A stretch of DNA of 64,000 bases from Octopus sinensis (Eukaryota). The notes under the pieces are model-generated. The model was given only the letters and a program-made list of their open reading frames with translations. It had not been told where the DNA came from and did no database searches. The DNA is taken from NCBI RefSeq assembly GCF_006345805.1, contig NC_043001.1:39866001-39930000 (forward strand). The letters run 5' to 3'. Positions 25,752 to 36,689 of the stretch are shown piece by piece. Made by a program: the position numbers and the translations under genes. Positions within the stretch are counted from its first letter, which is position 1; each line of letters starts with the position of its first letter.

Positions 25752-27612
25752 CATATATATATATATATTTTAAACGGACTGGACGTAAACATCCAATTCA
25801 CGATGGAATATAGCCAGCAACAACTCCCCTTCCTCGATATCCTCATTAAGAAAGCTAATAATATAATAGAAACAGACATATATTATAAGCCTACAGACTC
25901 TAAGCAATATTTTCCATTCAATTCATGCCACCCCAGACACACCAGGATGAATATCCCCTTCAATCTAGCAAAAAGGATATGCACTATAGTCTCTAACGCA
26001 AACACCAGAGACACACGACTACAAGAACTAAAAGATACCCTTATCACCAGGAACTATCCACCTTCACTTATTGACAAGTGCATTCAACGTGCCCTTCAAC
26101 TTAACATCAAGGAACTGAGACATCCCAAATCAAAGAAAAACTTACAACCAAAAGCCTTACCATACATCTCCACACACAACCCTCTCAATAACGAAGCCTT
26201 CAGCACCATCCTCCACAACATACCCCTCCTAAAAAAAGACCACAGAATGAACACAATCCTCCAAACACACACGATCATAAAAAGCAAGAGACAGCCTAAA
26301 TCCATGAAAAGTCTCCTAACACAAGCCCGAATTCACTCTTCAACACAGAAGCCAACAGTAAAAAAATGTGGAAGACCCAATTGCGGGATATGCGACTATC
26401 TAATTGAGGGATCAGAGTTCTCCTTCAAACAGGGACAACGGTTTACAGTGAAAAGCAACTTCACATGTGCTTCGGAGAACCTAATATACTCACTAACCTG
26501 CTCCGGGTGTCAAGAGCAGTACATAGGCCAAACAAAAAATAGTTTGCGTAAACGAATGGCCCTGCACAGATCCCAGATAAAAATTCCCCAAAACAGAAAA
26601 ATAGCTTTTAGCCAACACATAGACACTTGCGCCAACAAAAAACACCAAGCTTCAGGATTTTCCCCCTCTACCAATTTAGGGACGATACAACCTCGAGACA
26701 ACGAATAAGTAAAGAAACTCTCTTTATTACAAAATACAGGCCACTTCTTAACGGGTCTATGACAAACAATTAATATACCTCAACTTTAGAATAAAAGAAA
26801 TATACACACACAAATATTACATTCCAAAGAATCCATTACTAATCAGTCCCAATCACAGCTATACTCCATAACATGCCAACTTCAAGTCATACAACACCTC
26901 ACTACTTTCACCCATTCATATTCTCCCTTCTCTGTTTTTTTCTTCTTCTTCCTCTTCTTCTTCATCATCATTATCATCATCATCGTCGTCATCATCATCA
27001 CCACCATCATCATCATCATCATCTTCTCCTTCTCCTTCTTCTTCTTCTTCTCCATCATCATCATCATCAACATCGTCATCTTCTTCTTCTTCATCATCAT
27101 CATCAACATCATCTTCTTCTTCTTCTTCTTCTTCTTCTACTTCTCCACCTTCTAACCCTTAACTTTGTCACTAATGTTTTTTAGTATAACACCTACGCAA
27201 ATTCCATAAACAAGCCTTTCAATAGAAATATTCTCCTGAATTGAACTGCGACTGCTAGCCGCCACTGACCATTCAAAATACGACCATCAGGGCACTCCCA
27301 GATTTTCCCACCCCCTTTCCTCATCAGCCTTCTTCCTCTACTACCCTACCAAGAACTCACAACGACCTCCAACACACAAGTGCAAACAAGGGAGTCAGAG
27401 AAAGGCAGAATGCCACTTATATCTGAACACTACTATAGAAATATTCCTTTAAAAAAACTTTTCTTCTAATTTTTCTAAATTTAATTATTTAATCGTTACA
27501 GTTGAAAAGGTCTCAAAATGACCGAAATCAGTACTGAAATGTTCACTATAAAATTATTTTAGCATTTTCTATTTTTGACTTGTTTTTTCATATATATATA
27601 TATATATATATA
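25752..27612 (+). mobile_element. 5'-truncated Penelope-like element (C-terminal RT + GIY-YIG, ORF to 26708)
   Basis: 'IQFTMEYSQQQLPFLDILI', 'YKPTDSKQY', 'CGRPNCGIC', 'YSLTCSGCQEQYIGQTKNSLRKRM'; flanked by (TA)n and a repeated 'acata'. Confidence 0.9.
26935..27150. repeat. (CTT)n/(CAT)n compound microsatellite
   Basis: Directly visible. Confidence 0.95.
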
Positions 27613-30057
27613 TAACATAGAGGACAACTGGAAGTTCTTACAGGACAACCTACTGAGGGCAACAGGCCAAATCTGTAGCAGGAGCAAAGTTTCAGCAAAA
27701 TCAAGGGTGACATTGTGACAGAAAAGTGAGGCAAATAAAGCCATAAAAGCAAAGAGATAGGCTTGAAAAGAGTGAGAAAATGGGGGCAGCAAAGAACTGT
27801 GTCTGGTAGCTAGACAGAAAGCTAGGCACCAGGTTTATTCAGCAAGAGTAGAAGCAGAAAGGAAGAGGTCTGCCAATGTTTTACAATGTGAGGATCAGAA
27901 GTGAGAGGTATTTCTCATTGCAAGACAGTGTATAAGAGAGAATCAAGATATTGTAAGAGAGGAGTATGTATGGATGGCTAGCATTATGCTTGCACTTAGT
28001 GATCCTGAAAAGAAAGTGGCATTGAAGTGCTACTAAGAAAGGTTATCAAATGTGGAGAATGCATGGGAGAAAGAGAGTCTCTCCAACATTAACCAAACAG
28101 TGGGGCCAGCTGTCAGAGTTGACAGTAGTATGATAGATAAAGCAATTAAAGATATGGAAACAAGAAAATATCCAACAAAGTAGGTTATGGTCTAGTTACC
28201 TGGATAATCATGTTACACAGGAAGATATCATCCCCAATACCTGGTATAGCAGCCATTGCAAGGATAAAGTTATAGGTCATGAAATTTACAAAGAGAGTTA
28301 TTGCTCAAATAATTAGAAACAGAGACTTGACAAGATGCACTGTTGTTTTGTGCTACTGATGCCATCTTCCTAGAGAGACAACTACAGGAGAAAGATTTAG
28401 GTAAGATAAGCCATTGCACTTGGCATTCATTGAGTCCCTTCAACAGAGTCCCTCTTTCTGCAATGTGGTCTCTGAGAAAGCTAGGGATAGACAAAATTTT
28501 CTGAAAGCTGTACAAGTCATTTATGGGCGTGCTGTCAGTAAGATGAGAGTTTCCCATAAGTAAGTACAGTGATGAATTTAGAGTACAGGTAGGTGTCCAC
28601 TAGGACTTGGTTCTCAGTACCCTCCAAATTCATCATTGTGCTCCAGGCCATAACACATTAATTTAAGACCAACTGCCCTTGTGAATTACTATGCACTGAT
28701 GATCTCATGCTCATATCAGAATTGAAAAAAGAAATTCCAGATGTTGAAGCAAAACCTGGAATTGAAGGGGCTTAAAATTAGTTTAATAAAGACCAAGGCT
28801 TTAGTAAGCAAGAAAACAGACAGGGCCTTACTTCATGCAAATGGCCCTGCTTGTTATGTAGGAACTGTTTAGGTAGCACTAACTATGGATACACAAGATG
28901 TGCATAGGAATCAGTGGAAAGTTAATAAAGGAAGTAGTCTTTGCATGTGGAAGATGCACAAGTGTCATGGAGACTAAACATACAAAAGAAATTGATTCTT
29001 TCAAATACCTTGGAGGCTCCCTAGAAGTAGTGGATAATTTCTGATACTTAGGTGACCTATTTAGCAATGGAGAAGGATTTTCAGAAAGTGCAGTTGCTAG
29101 GATGGAGAAAATTCAGAAAGATATTACCTTTGGTTTCAAATTTTGGCAAAAGGCCAGCAATTTCAGGGGAGAGGATAAGTTGATTACATCAGCCCCAGTG
29201 TTAAACTGGCTCTTATTTTATTGACCCAAAAGGATGGAAAGCAAAGTTGACTTTGGCAGAATTTGAACTCAGAACATTAAGATGGCATTCTAAAAATTCT
29301 GCCAGCTTAACTCCTTAAGAGATATTACCTTTGTTAGCAACAATTGTATAATGCCTCTGTTCATAAAGTAATGTTACATGATAATGAGGTATGGGCTCTG
29401 AATGCAGGAGACATACCAAGAAATAGAGAGGAAGAAAGCTAGTATATTCCACTGCATGTGCAATGTTATTGTGCATGTGTAACAAGGTGCTAATGTACTA
29501 AGAGAAAAATTAGTCATAAAAGAAATCAGATGAAGTGTGCAACATAGAAGACTGTGCTAGTTTGATCATTGAATGCATATGGATGAGGACAACTATGTAA
29601 AGAAATGCTGATCACTTAAAGTGGTTGGAATTACAGAAAAAGGGAAACCCTAAGAGGTATGAGACAAAGTAGTGAAGGATGACTTCAAATACTGAACCTT
29701 ACAGAGGAGATGACAAAAGACCAAACTGATTGGGGGGTTTTTGTGCTCAGTGAGACCTGTTAAGCTATCCAACTAATGCAAGCATGGAAAATAGATGTTA
29801 AACAATGATGATGATGATGATGTATTGGTACAACCATAACAAATATTAATGAAATACACTTAAACACAGATACACGTGTGCACACACACACACACACACA
29901 AAGGCAAGGGTGTGTGGTCAAGAAACTCATTTTAAAACTGTATAGTTTGGGGTTCAGTCCACTGTGCAACATCTTGAGCAAGTATCTTCTACCATAGCCC
30001 TGGACTGACCAAAACCTTGGGAGTGAATTTTGTTAACAGAAACTCAGTGGGAAACTG

Positions 30058-30116
<59 letters not shown>

Positions 30117-30140
30117 GTGTGTGTGCGTGTGTATTATGTA

Positions 30141-30173
<33 letters not shown>

Positions 30174-30489
30174 GCGAGTGTGTCTTTGTGTTTGTATTTG
30201 TCTCCCCCACTGCTTGACAACTGGTATTGGTTTGTTTACATCCCTGTAGCATAACAGTTCAGCAAAAGAAACAGATTTAATAAATTCTAGACTTAAAAAT
30301 GAAAGGAAGTACTAAGATTAATTCATCTGACTCAAACCATACTATGTTGCCACTGCATGGCCACAATCCAATGACTGAAACAAATAAAAAACAATAAAAG
30401 AAGTGATATATATTATAATTCTTAGCTTTCTGTTCATATTTTAGACAATCTTTAAGATCATGCTGCATATTATCATTACTGATTCAACT

Positions 30490-30548
30490 TAATGTGTTTC
30501 ATGCATAAATATTTGGGCTCAGTAATTTCAAAATATGATCTTCCACAA
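30490..30548 (-). pseudogene. Disrupted type A microexon (1-bp deletion, donor lost)
   Basis: Acceptor intact; GTGGAAGATCATATTTTGAAATTACTGAGCCCAAATATTTATGCATGAAACAC aligns to type A; no GT donor. Confidence 0.75.
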
Positions 30549-30654
30549 CTTCAAGAAATTAAATATAAAAAATGGGAATATTTATTCAGTTTTATATTTA
30601 AGAGATGAGGAATTATGTCCTCATCTTGTTTGTTGTTAACATGCCATATGCCTG

Positions 30655-30895
30655 TGGGCATATGGTGTAGTGGTTAAGAGCATGGGCTACTAACCCCAAG
30701 ATTTTGAGTTCAATTCCAGGCAGTGACCTGAATAATAATAATAATAACAACAACAACATCGAAAAATACCTTAGGAATGAGAACCCATGTTCGAAATTTG
30801 CCCAAGACACCTGATGAGGCTGGAGGGTATATCAGCCAAAAATGTTGTGATAACAATAAACAAGATGAGGACAAATATCTGTCAAATGTAAATAA
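30655..30895 (+). mobile_element. tRNA-like SINE head joined to a hammerhead-bearing pseudo-LTR arm
   Basis: 'ggtgtagtggttaagagc...gagttcaattccagg' A/B boxes; cacCTGATGAGGCTG...CAGCCaaaa (GAAA mutated); homologous to the 11421-11652 arms. Confidence 0.6.
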
Positions 30896-32931
30896 TGGAA
30901 TATTTATTGTTTGTAGAAGAAGATTTAATTATTTTGATGTTGCACAGAAAATAGCAAAAGCCATAATAATAAAATATTTTGTAATGTATATTATATCATA
31001 CAGATAAACATGTACTTGAAAACAAAAAATATTTGAAATACAGCCAAACTGAGTGTAAAGTATAGGTTTTTCATCCTTGCTTTGATGTATTTTAAAAGAG
31101 TGTAGTAATACCTAATAAATTCATTTGCTATGGAAAAGTAAAGAGGAAAGAAAGCCTAATTTTGGTAAATATAGCATTTCAAAGTTAGTGCTTGGAAAGA
31201 AAGTTCTTTAGTAAAGAGGTTCTTAAATTATATTCCATACTAGCTTAAAGGCAGCACACTGTGCAGACTTTTAAGCTAGCTCCTGTGGAGGGCTAATTGG
31301 GTCTGTGGCTCAAAACTAAACAGAGCTATGTAGCATGATTATCATACTTATAATGACTATATGTCACAGCAGTGTTTGATCAGAGGTTAAAGACAGATGG
31401 GAATTAATTCTGTAATGCAATCATTCTATTGTGCCAGTCCTAAGTTGAATTCCAACTGTTAACCAATTTGTCCCAGAGTTCTCATCTCAAAGTAAAATTC
31501 ATGAAGCGAATGTCAGTTATCTTCCCCTCTGATGTCATCTGACAAATGCCAACCAAGATGGCATGAATCAGCTAAACTTTAACTGCTAGAAAAGGCAACC
31601 CAATGCTTTTAAATCAGATCCCAATAATGTATGTTCAAGAACCAAATGAAGGGCAGATTTTCCATCCTGTGATCATACTGACTCCAAAAAGGTATATGTC
31701 TATGTAGAGCAAATTTAGACTGAGATACAGGATTCCCAGAGAGAGAGAGAGAGACAGACAGAATTTTGCTTTTATTACTATAGAAGCAAAAAATGCTAAT
31801 ATTAGTAGAGGAATTATGTAAAAGTAGTATTTATGTGTGGGAGGATTGCTCACAGAACAAAATTTACTTTAAGTTTTAAACAGTGGCTAGAAAAAGGTTG
31901 CTTGAATGCATGTGTCAACAAGATAAAAAAACAAAAAACATTTTTTTCTTAAGGATAATTTTTATACTTATTTTCACTTTAAATTACTCCCAAAACTAAG
32001 GAAACAATATTTTCATTCTCTTAAATTATTAAAATAAAGACTAAAATGTAATAAAATCATTTTAGCCAAAATCATTTGAGATTTCAACATTGTTGCTGTA
32101 TATTGTTGTACACATGAGGAAATTCAGTGTATTTTTCATATCCAGAGCTAGCTGAAGCATCACTTTCATCTGTGATTCCTAGAGTATCATCATCATCATC
32201 ATCATCATCGTAATCTAACTCATCTAATGATGAAAACAACCCAGAAAAATCTTCTTTATCACTGTATAGATATTCCATTTATGACTTGATTTCTCTCATC
32301 AGTAAGGGCCACTTACACTAAGATGCATTTGATGAAGTCGATGCTCAGGTGTCACTTGAAGATGGCTGTATTCGTGTAAAATTTTTAAAACTCAGTTGAT
32401 GATGCCCACTGTTCTCTAATAAAACATCAGTTGATGATGTTTGCTGTTCTCTAATGAAATATCAATTGGTGATGTCTACACCATTTAAGGATTAAAGGGA
32501 TTTGACCTCAGAGTCTAGTGAGATTAAATTTAATACTACTAAGTGTTTTATACAGCATTCTACTATATCAGTCATCAAATATTTTACTGATATTTAAAAG
32601 TTACCATTAAGAGAAACTGCTCACAAATATCTCTACAGAAATAAGATACTTTCCAAGATTAATTTCATGTCAGAGGTGTCCATAAGCAGGATTGAATGTG
32701 GCTATTCAACAAAAATAAATGATAAAGGTGTAGAACTTTCCCCATTGCAAATCTCTTCCAAACTATTTTGTCTAATCTCTATGCAGATATCTGGTGAATG
32801 CAGTACTACTTATATCATTATTTGGTTTATTTGTTGTACAACTGACATTTACAGAAAATAGTTTTATCAACTGGATTAATAAAATGGTAAAATATTGGAG
32901 GTACAAGTGAATGTCTGCATGACGTTTATCA

Positions 32932-34207
32932 TACGAGGGACGTTCAATAAGTAATGCCTCTGACCCACTTGCAATTGTTTGATCTAGCTGAAATTTTGCA
33001 TGTGCAATCATTTATATCTATATATCTGTGCAATCATTTATATGGTTTCTGATTTACAGGTGTTTGAACCGAGTCAAGTGTGAAATGGAGCCTGTTGAGT
33101 GTCGAGCAGTGATCCGGTTTTTGTATTTGAAAGGACGCACACCACGGGAGACTTTTGATGAAATGAAAGTAACTTATGGTGATGATGCCCCATCATATGA
33201 CCTTGTAAAACGCTGGCATCGTGAATTCAAACATGGTCGGAACTCTGTGGAAACAGCTCCCAGATCTGGTCGCCCCTTCTGCCATTGATGAGGCATCTGT
33301 CCGTCAAGTTGAGGCTGCCATTTTGGAAGATTGACGCATAATTATTCGCCAAATAGCCCATGAGGTCAAGTTTAGTACCGGGTCTGTGGAAACTATCATT
33401 CATGACCATTTGCATATGCAAAAGGTGTCTGCCAGATGGATTCCCAGGTTGCTCACGCCTTTCCAGAAGCAAGAACGCGTCGAGTGCTCGAGGGTGAATT
33501 TGGAGATGTGCCAAGAAGATGAGTCAAAATTTTTCAAAAGACTGATTACACAGGATGAAACCTGGGTCCATCACGATGATCCAGAGACCAAAGCCCAGTC
33601 AATGCAGTGGAAGCACCGTGACTCACCCCCTCCAAAGAAGGCAAGGGTGCAGCCCTCCGCTGGCAAGGTCATGCTCACAGTCTTCTGGGACCAGGACGGA
33701 GTAGTGATGACAGATTTCCTGGCAAAGGGTACCACAATTACAGGAGCCTATTATGCTTCACTTTTGAGGAAATTAAGAGAAGCTATCAAAATCAAGAGGC
33801 AGGGCAAGATCAGCAAAGCATCCTCCTCCTGCAGGACAACGCTCCGGTCCACAACTCGCTTGTCGCCAGATCAGAAGCACAGGCGTATGGCTATGAACTC
33901 CTCCCCCATCCCCTACTTTCCTGACCTTGCACCCTCTGATTTTCACCTCTTCCCAGTCATGAAGTTGTTTTTGAAAGGAAAGCGTTTCCCAGATGATGCA
34001 GCCTTGATTTCTGAAGTCACGTTCAGGTTGGAGGACCAAGCTGGGGTCTTCTACAAAAACGGTCTCCAGAGCTGCATCAAGCAATGGGAGAAATGCGTAA
34101 CTCTGGGTGGTTCCTATGTAGAAAAAGACTAATAGCTGTGCCAAGTTTCGTTGCTCTACTGCTATGGGAAGTGGGTCAGGGGCATTACTTATTGAACGCC
34201 CCTCGTA
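32932..34207 (+). mobile_element. Full-length mariner (DD34D) with a frameshifted transposase
   Basis: About 38-bp TIRs tacgagggacgttcaataagtaatgcc / ggcattacttattgaacgcccctcgta; WIPRLL, QDETWVHH and YFPDLAPSDFHLF motifs. Confidence 0.93.
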
Positions 34208-34340
34208 TATTCAATGGACTGCTATCATTTTCAAAGTTTAAATTGCAATCCTACCAATATATTAAACTTTATATTCTACTTAAAGAAATAATGAGCCAAA
34301 ATTGTTACTAACTTGTCCTGCAATACATTTAAATACTTAC

Positions 34341-34382
34341 CATCAGGTTTCTTTGGAATGTTAGCATAAATAGCGTCCAAAT
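34341..34382 (-). CDS. Type B microexon: (D)LDAIYANIPKKPDG
   Basis: Acceptor ttatatttcttaaAG, donor GATG|gtaagt; 42 bp. Confidence 0.82.
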
Positions 34383-34618
34383 CTTTAAGAAATATAAAGG
34401 AAAATAAATAACATAGCTGTAAATAATATTTATGATATGTTAGTAGTGCTCTAATACTATCAGAATAAATATTAAAGGCATACACTGAAACAATGCATGT
34501 GCACACACACACATACACACACACACATCAACAGAAAAAAGTTAGTGTTAGCATTCTATTTAAGTTTTGCACTATTCTGAAGACATGCTGTGTACTTCCA
34601 ATATTGATTCATACTCAC

Positions 34619-34678
34619 CAGGTTGTTTCATGCATACATATTTGGGCTCACTATCTTCAGCATGTTCATCTTCCACAA
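34619..34678 (-). CDS. Type A microexon: (x)VEDEHAEDSEPKYVCMKQPG (copy 1 of 3 identical)
   Basis: Acceptor aaatttcttgaAG, donor CCTG|gtgagt; 60 bp. Confidence 0.8.
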
Positions 34679-35090
34679 CTTCAAGAAATTTAATATAAAA
34701 TGGGCTTATTTATTTTTAGGATATTTTAAGTATTTCAATATTGCACAGAAAGTAGCAAAAATAAAATGTATATTTTGTATATAAACATGAATTTGAGAAA
34801 GAAAATATGTTTGAAATACAACCAAACTGAATGTAATGTATAAGTTCTTCATCTTCTCATAGATGTATTGAAAAACAAAAATATTGCCACACAAATTCAT
34901 TTCTTATGAAGAAACAGAAAGATCAATTTCGATAGATAAGACATATCAAATTTAGTGTTTGGAGAGAAAGTTCCTCCATAAAGTAAGACACTAAAAATTT
35001 TTTCTATCCACAAAATTAGCATTTTGTTATAGAAATTACATGAAAGAAGTACATACTGGAATATTCAAGAGATTGAAAAATGAACACAAA

Positions 35091-35900
35091 TCAAGAGTGC
35101 AGAGAACAGGGATGGACTATTGAGTATTACCACCTGACAGTGGAGGCAAGAGGTTTCATTGAAAGGAAAATGATGACGTCATTTAACAGAGGTTTGCATT
35201 TTCGAGCTCAGAGCTGAGAAAAGTAATAAGGAGGATACAAGAGGCAGTCGAAAAAGCCAGCTTCTATGTATGGCTGAAGTGAGAAGACCTAAAATGGCTT
35301 GAAAACCATAACATACCAACTGGGGAATAGCATTGCTAGGTGAGGCTGGCTGACACTTAAGCAGCATCACTGATTGACAGTTGGGCCAAGGTAATGATCT
35401 CATTCTTTGCATGCCCTCCCTCTGGTTTGAAGACATGTACCACCAAACAGCTGGTCAGATCTGACTGCTGGAACTGAAACTAACACAACACTGTTCGAAG
35501 GTAGATTTAAAGAGGGCATAGGCTAAAATTACATGCCCTTCCCCTCCATTGGTTAGTGGAAGCTTAGACAGTGTCATGCGGCAGTTAGCTGGTGCTGGCC
35601 GCTGGAGCCTACCGGTGAGTATTTGATGGGAAATTTGGCAGGATAGTCAGTTGCCCACTGACATTCATTGACACTGCATTGAAGAAACCAAAGAACAAAA
35701 GAAAAAAGGAGAAAGAAGAAACGCACTCGACACCAGAGCTGAAGACACCTTTAAGAGATGAGGGGCCCACCACATCAAAAAACGGTTGAGGAGTAGGGAC
35801 CGAAACTGGACGTGGTTTCTCCTGATGTCTTTAGCCACTGGATCCTATAAAGAAGCTGTTGAGATGGTGAACCACAAAATGTGGTTGGAATTCCTAACAG
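35091..35900 (+). mobile_element. 3' fragment of an RLE-type (HERO-like) non-LTR retrotransposon; duplicate at about 40136-40940
   Basis: 'ECREQGWPVEYYHLTVEARGF...RKVIRRIQEAVEKASFYVWLK*' resembles the RLE ORF C-terminus; empty site in the paralogous intron at about 43285-43310. Confidence 0.6.
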
Positions 35901-36078
35901 CTAAAATATGCAAGTAATGAGCAGATACTACTACAATGAATACCAAGATACACTCAAACACTCACATATGAACAAAAATAAAAAGAGTGCTAATTCAAAT
36001 TATGGTTGTTAGCTTTCTAATCATGATTTAGACTATTCTAAAGTCATGTTGTGTGCTATCAATGTCTGTTATATTTTC

Positions 36079-36138
36079 CAGGCAGTTTTGGGCATATATT
36101 TTGGTGCTCACAAACTTCAAAATATTGATGCTCCACAC
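36079..36138 (-). pseudogene. Type A microexon with GA donor: VEHQYFEVCEHQNICPKLPG
   Basis: Open 60 bp, acceptor intact, CCTG|gaaaat. Confidence 0.72.
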
Positions 36139-36689
36139 CTTCATGAAATTAGATTAAAAACAGGTTGTTTATTGTTTGGAAAGGATGTTTTAAATATGTT
36201 ATTGTTACACTGTAAGTCATAAAGCAAATGACAAAATATACTCATCATCATCATCATCATCGTTTACCGTTCATGTTCCAAGCTAACATTAGTGGGATGG
36301 TATCACAAAAGCCAGTCAGGCTGACGCCTGCACTAGACTTCTGTGATTGTTTTGACAGGATTTTTATAGCTGGATGCCCTTCCTAACACTAAGTTCACTC
36401 AGCGGAGTGGACTTAGTGCTTTTTATGTGGCAAAAGCACAGGCAAAGTGAGTAGTTCTTTTATGTGGCACAAGCACAGTTGAGGATAGTTTTGACAAGGT
36501 TTTTACAGCTGGATGCCCTTCCAAATACCAACCACTTTACAGTGTGGACTGGGTGCTTTTAAGTGGCACCTGCACTGACAGAGTTACCAAGTACTTGCAA
36601 GACAAAAACTTTTAAGAGGGAGAGAGGCTTTGGAGGAGGTGATGATCAAAACGTTATAGCGAGACAGATACAGGTGTCTTGCTGTAGAA

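Larger units (their letters stand above)
25080..29810 (+). mobile_element. Degenerate RTE LINE (APE + RT) interrupted by a Penelope insertion
   Basis: APE-like segment at 25200-25500; coding homology resumes at 27613; ends in 'gcatggaaaatagatgttaaacaatgatgat'. Confidence 0.75.

Noticed and set aside
26873-27184. Poly-His/Leu and poly-Met/Lys ORFs
   Set aside because: Trinucleotide microsatellite in the Penelope 3' region.
34493-34693. Plus-strand ORFs ending '...HYLQHVHLPQLQEI' (also 39549 and 42587)
   Set aside because: Antisense readings of the type A exons; the splice signals define the minus strand.
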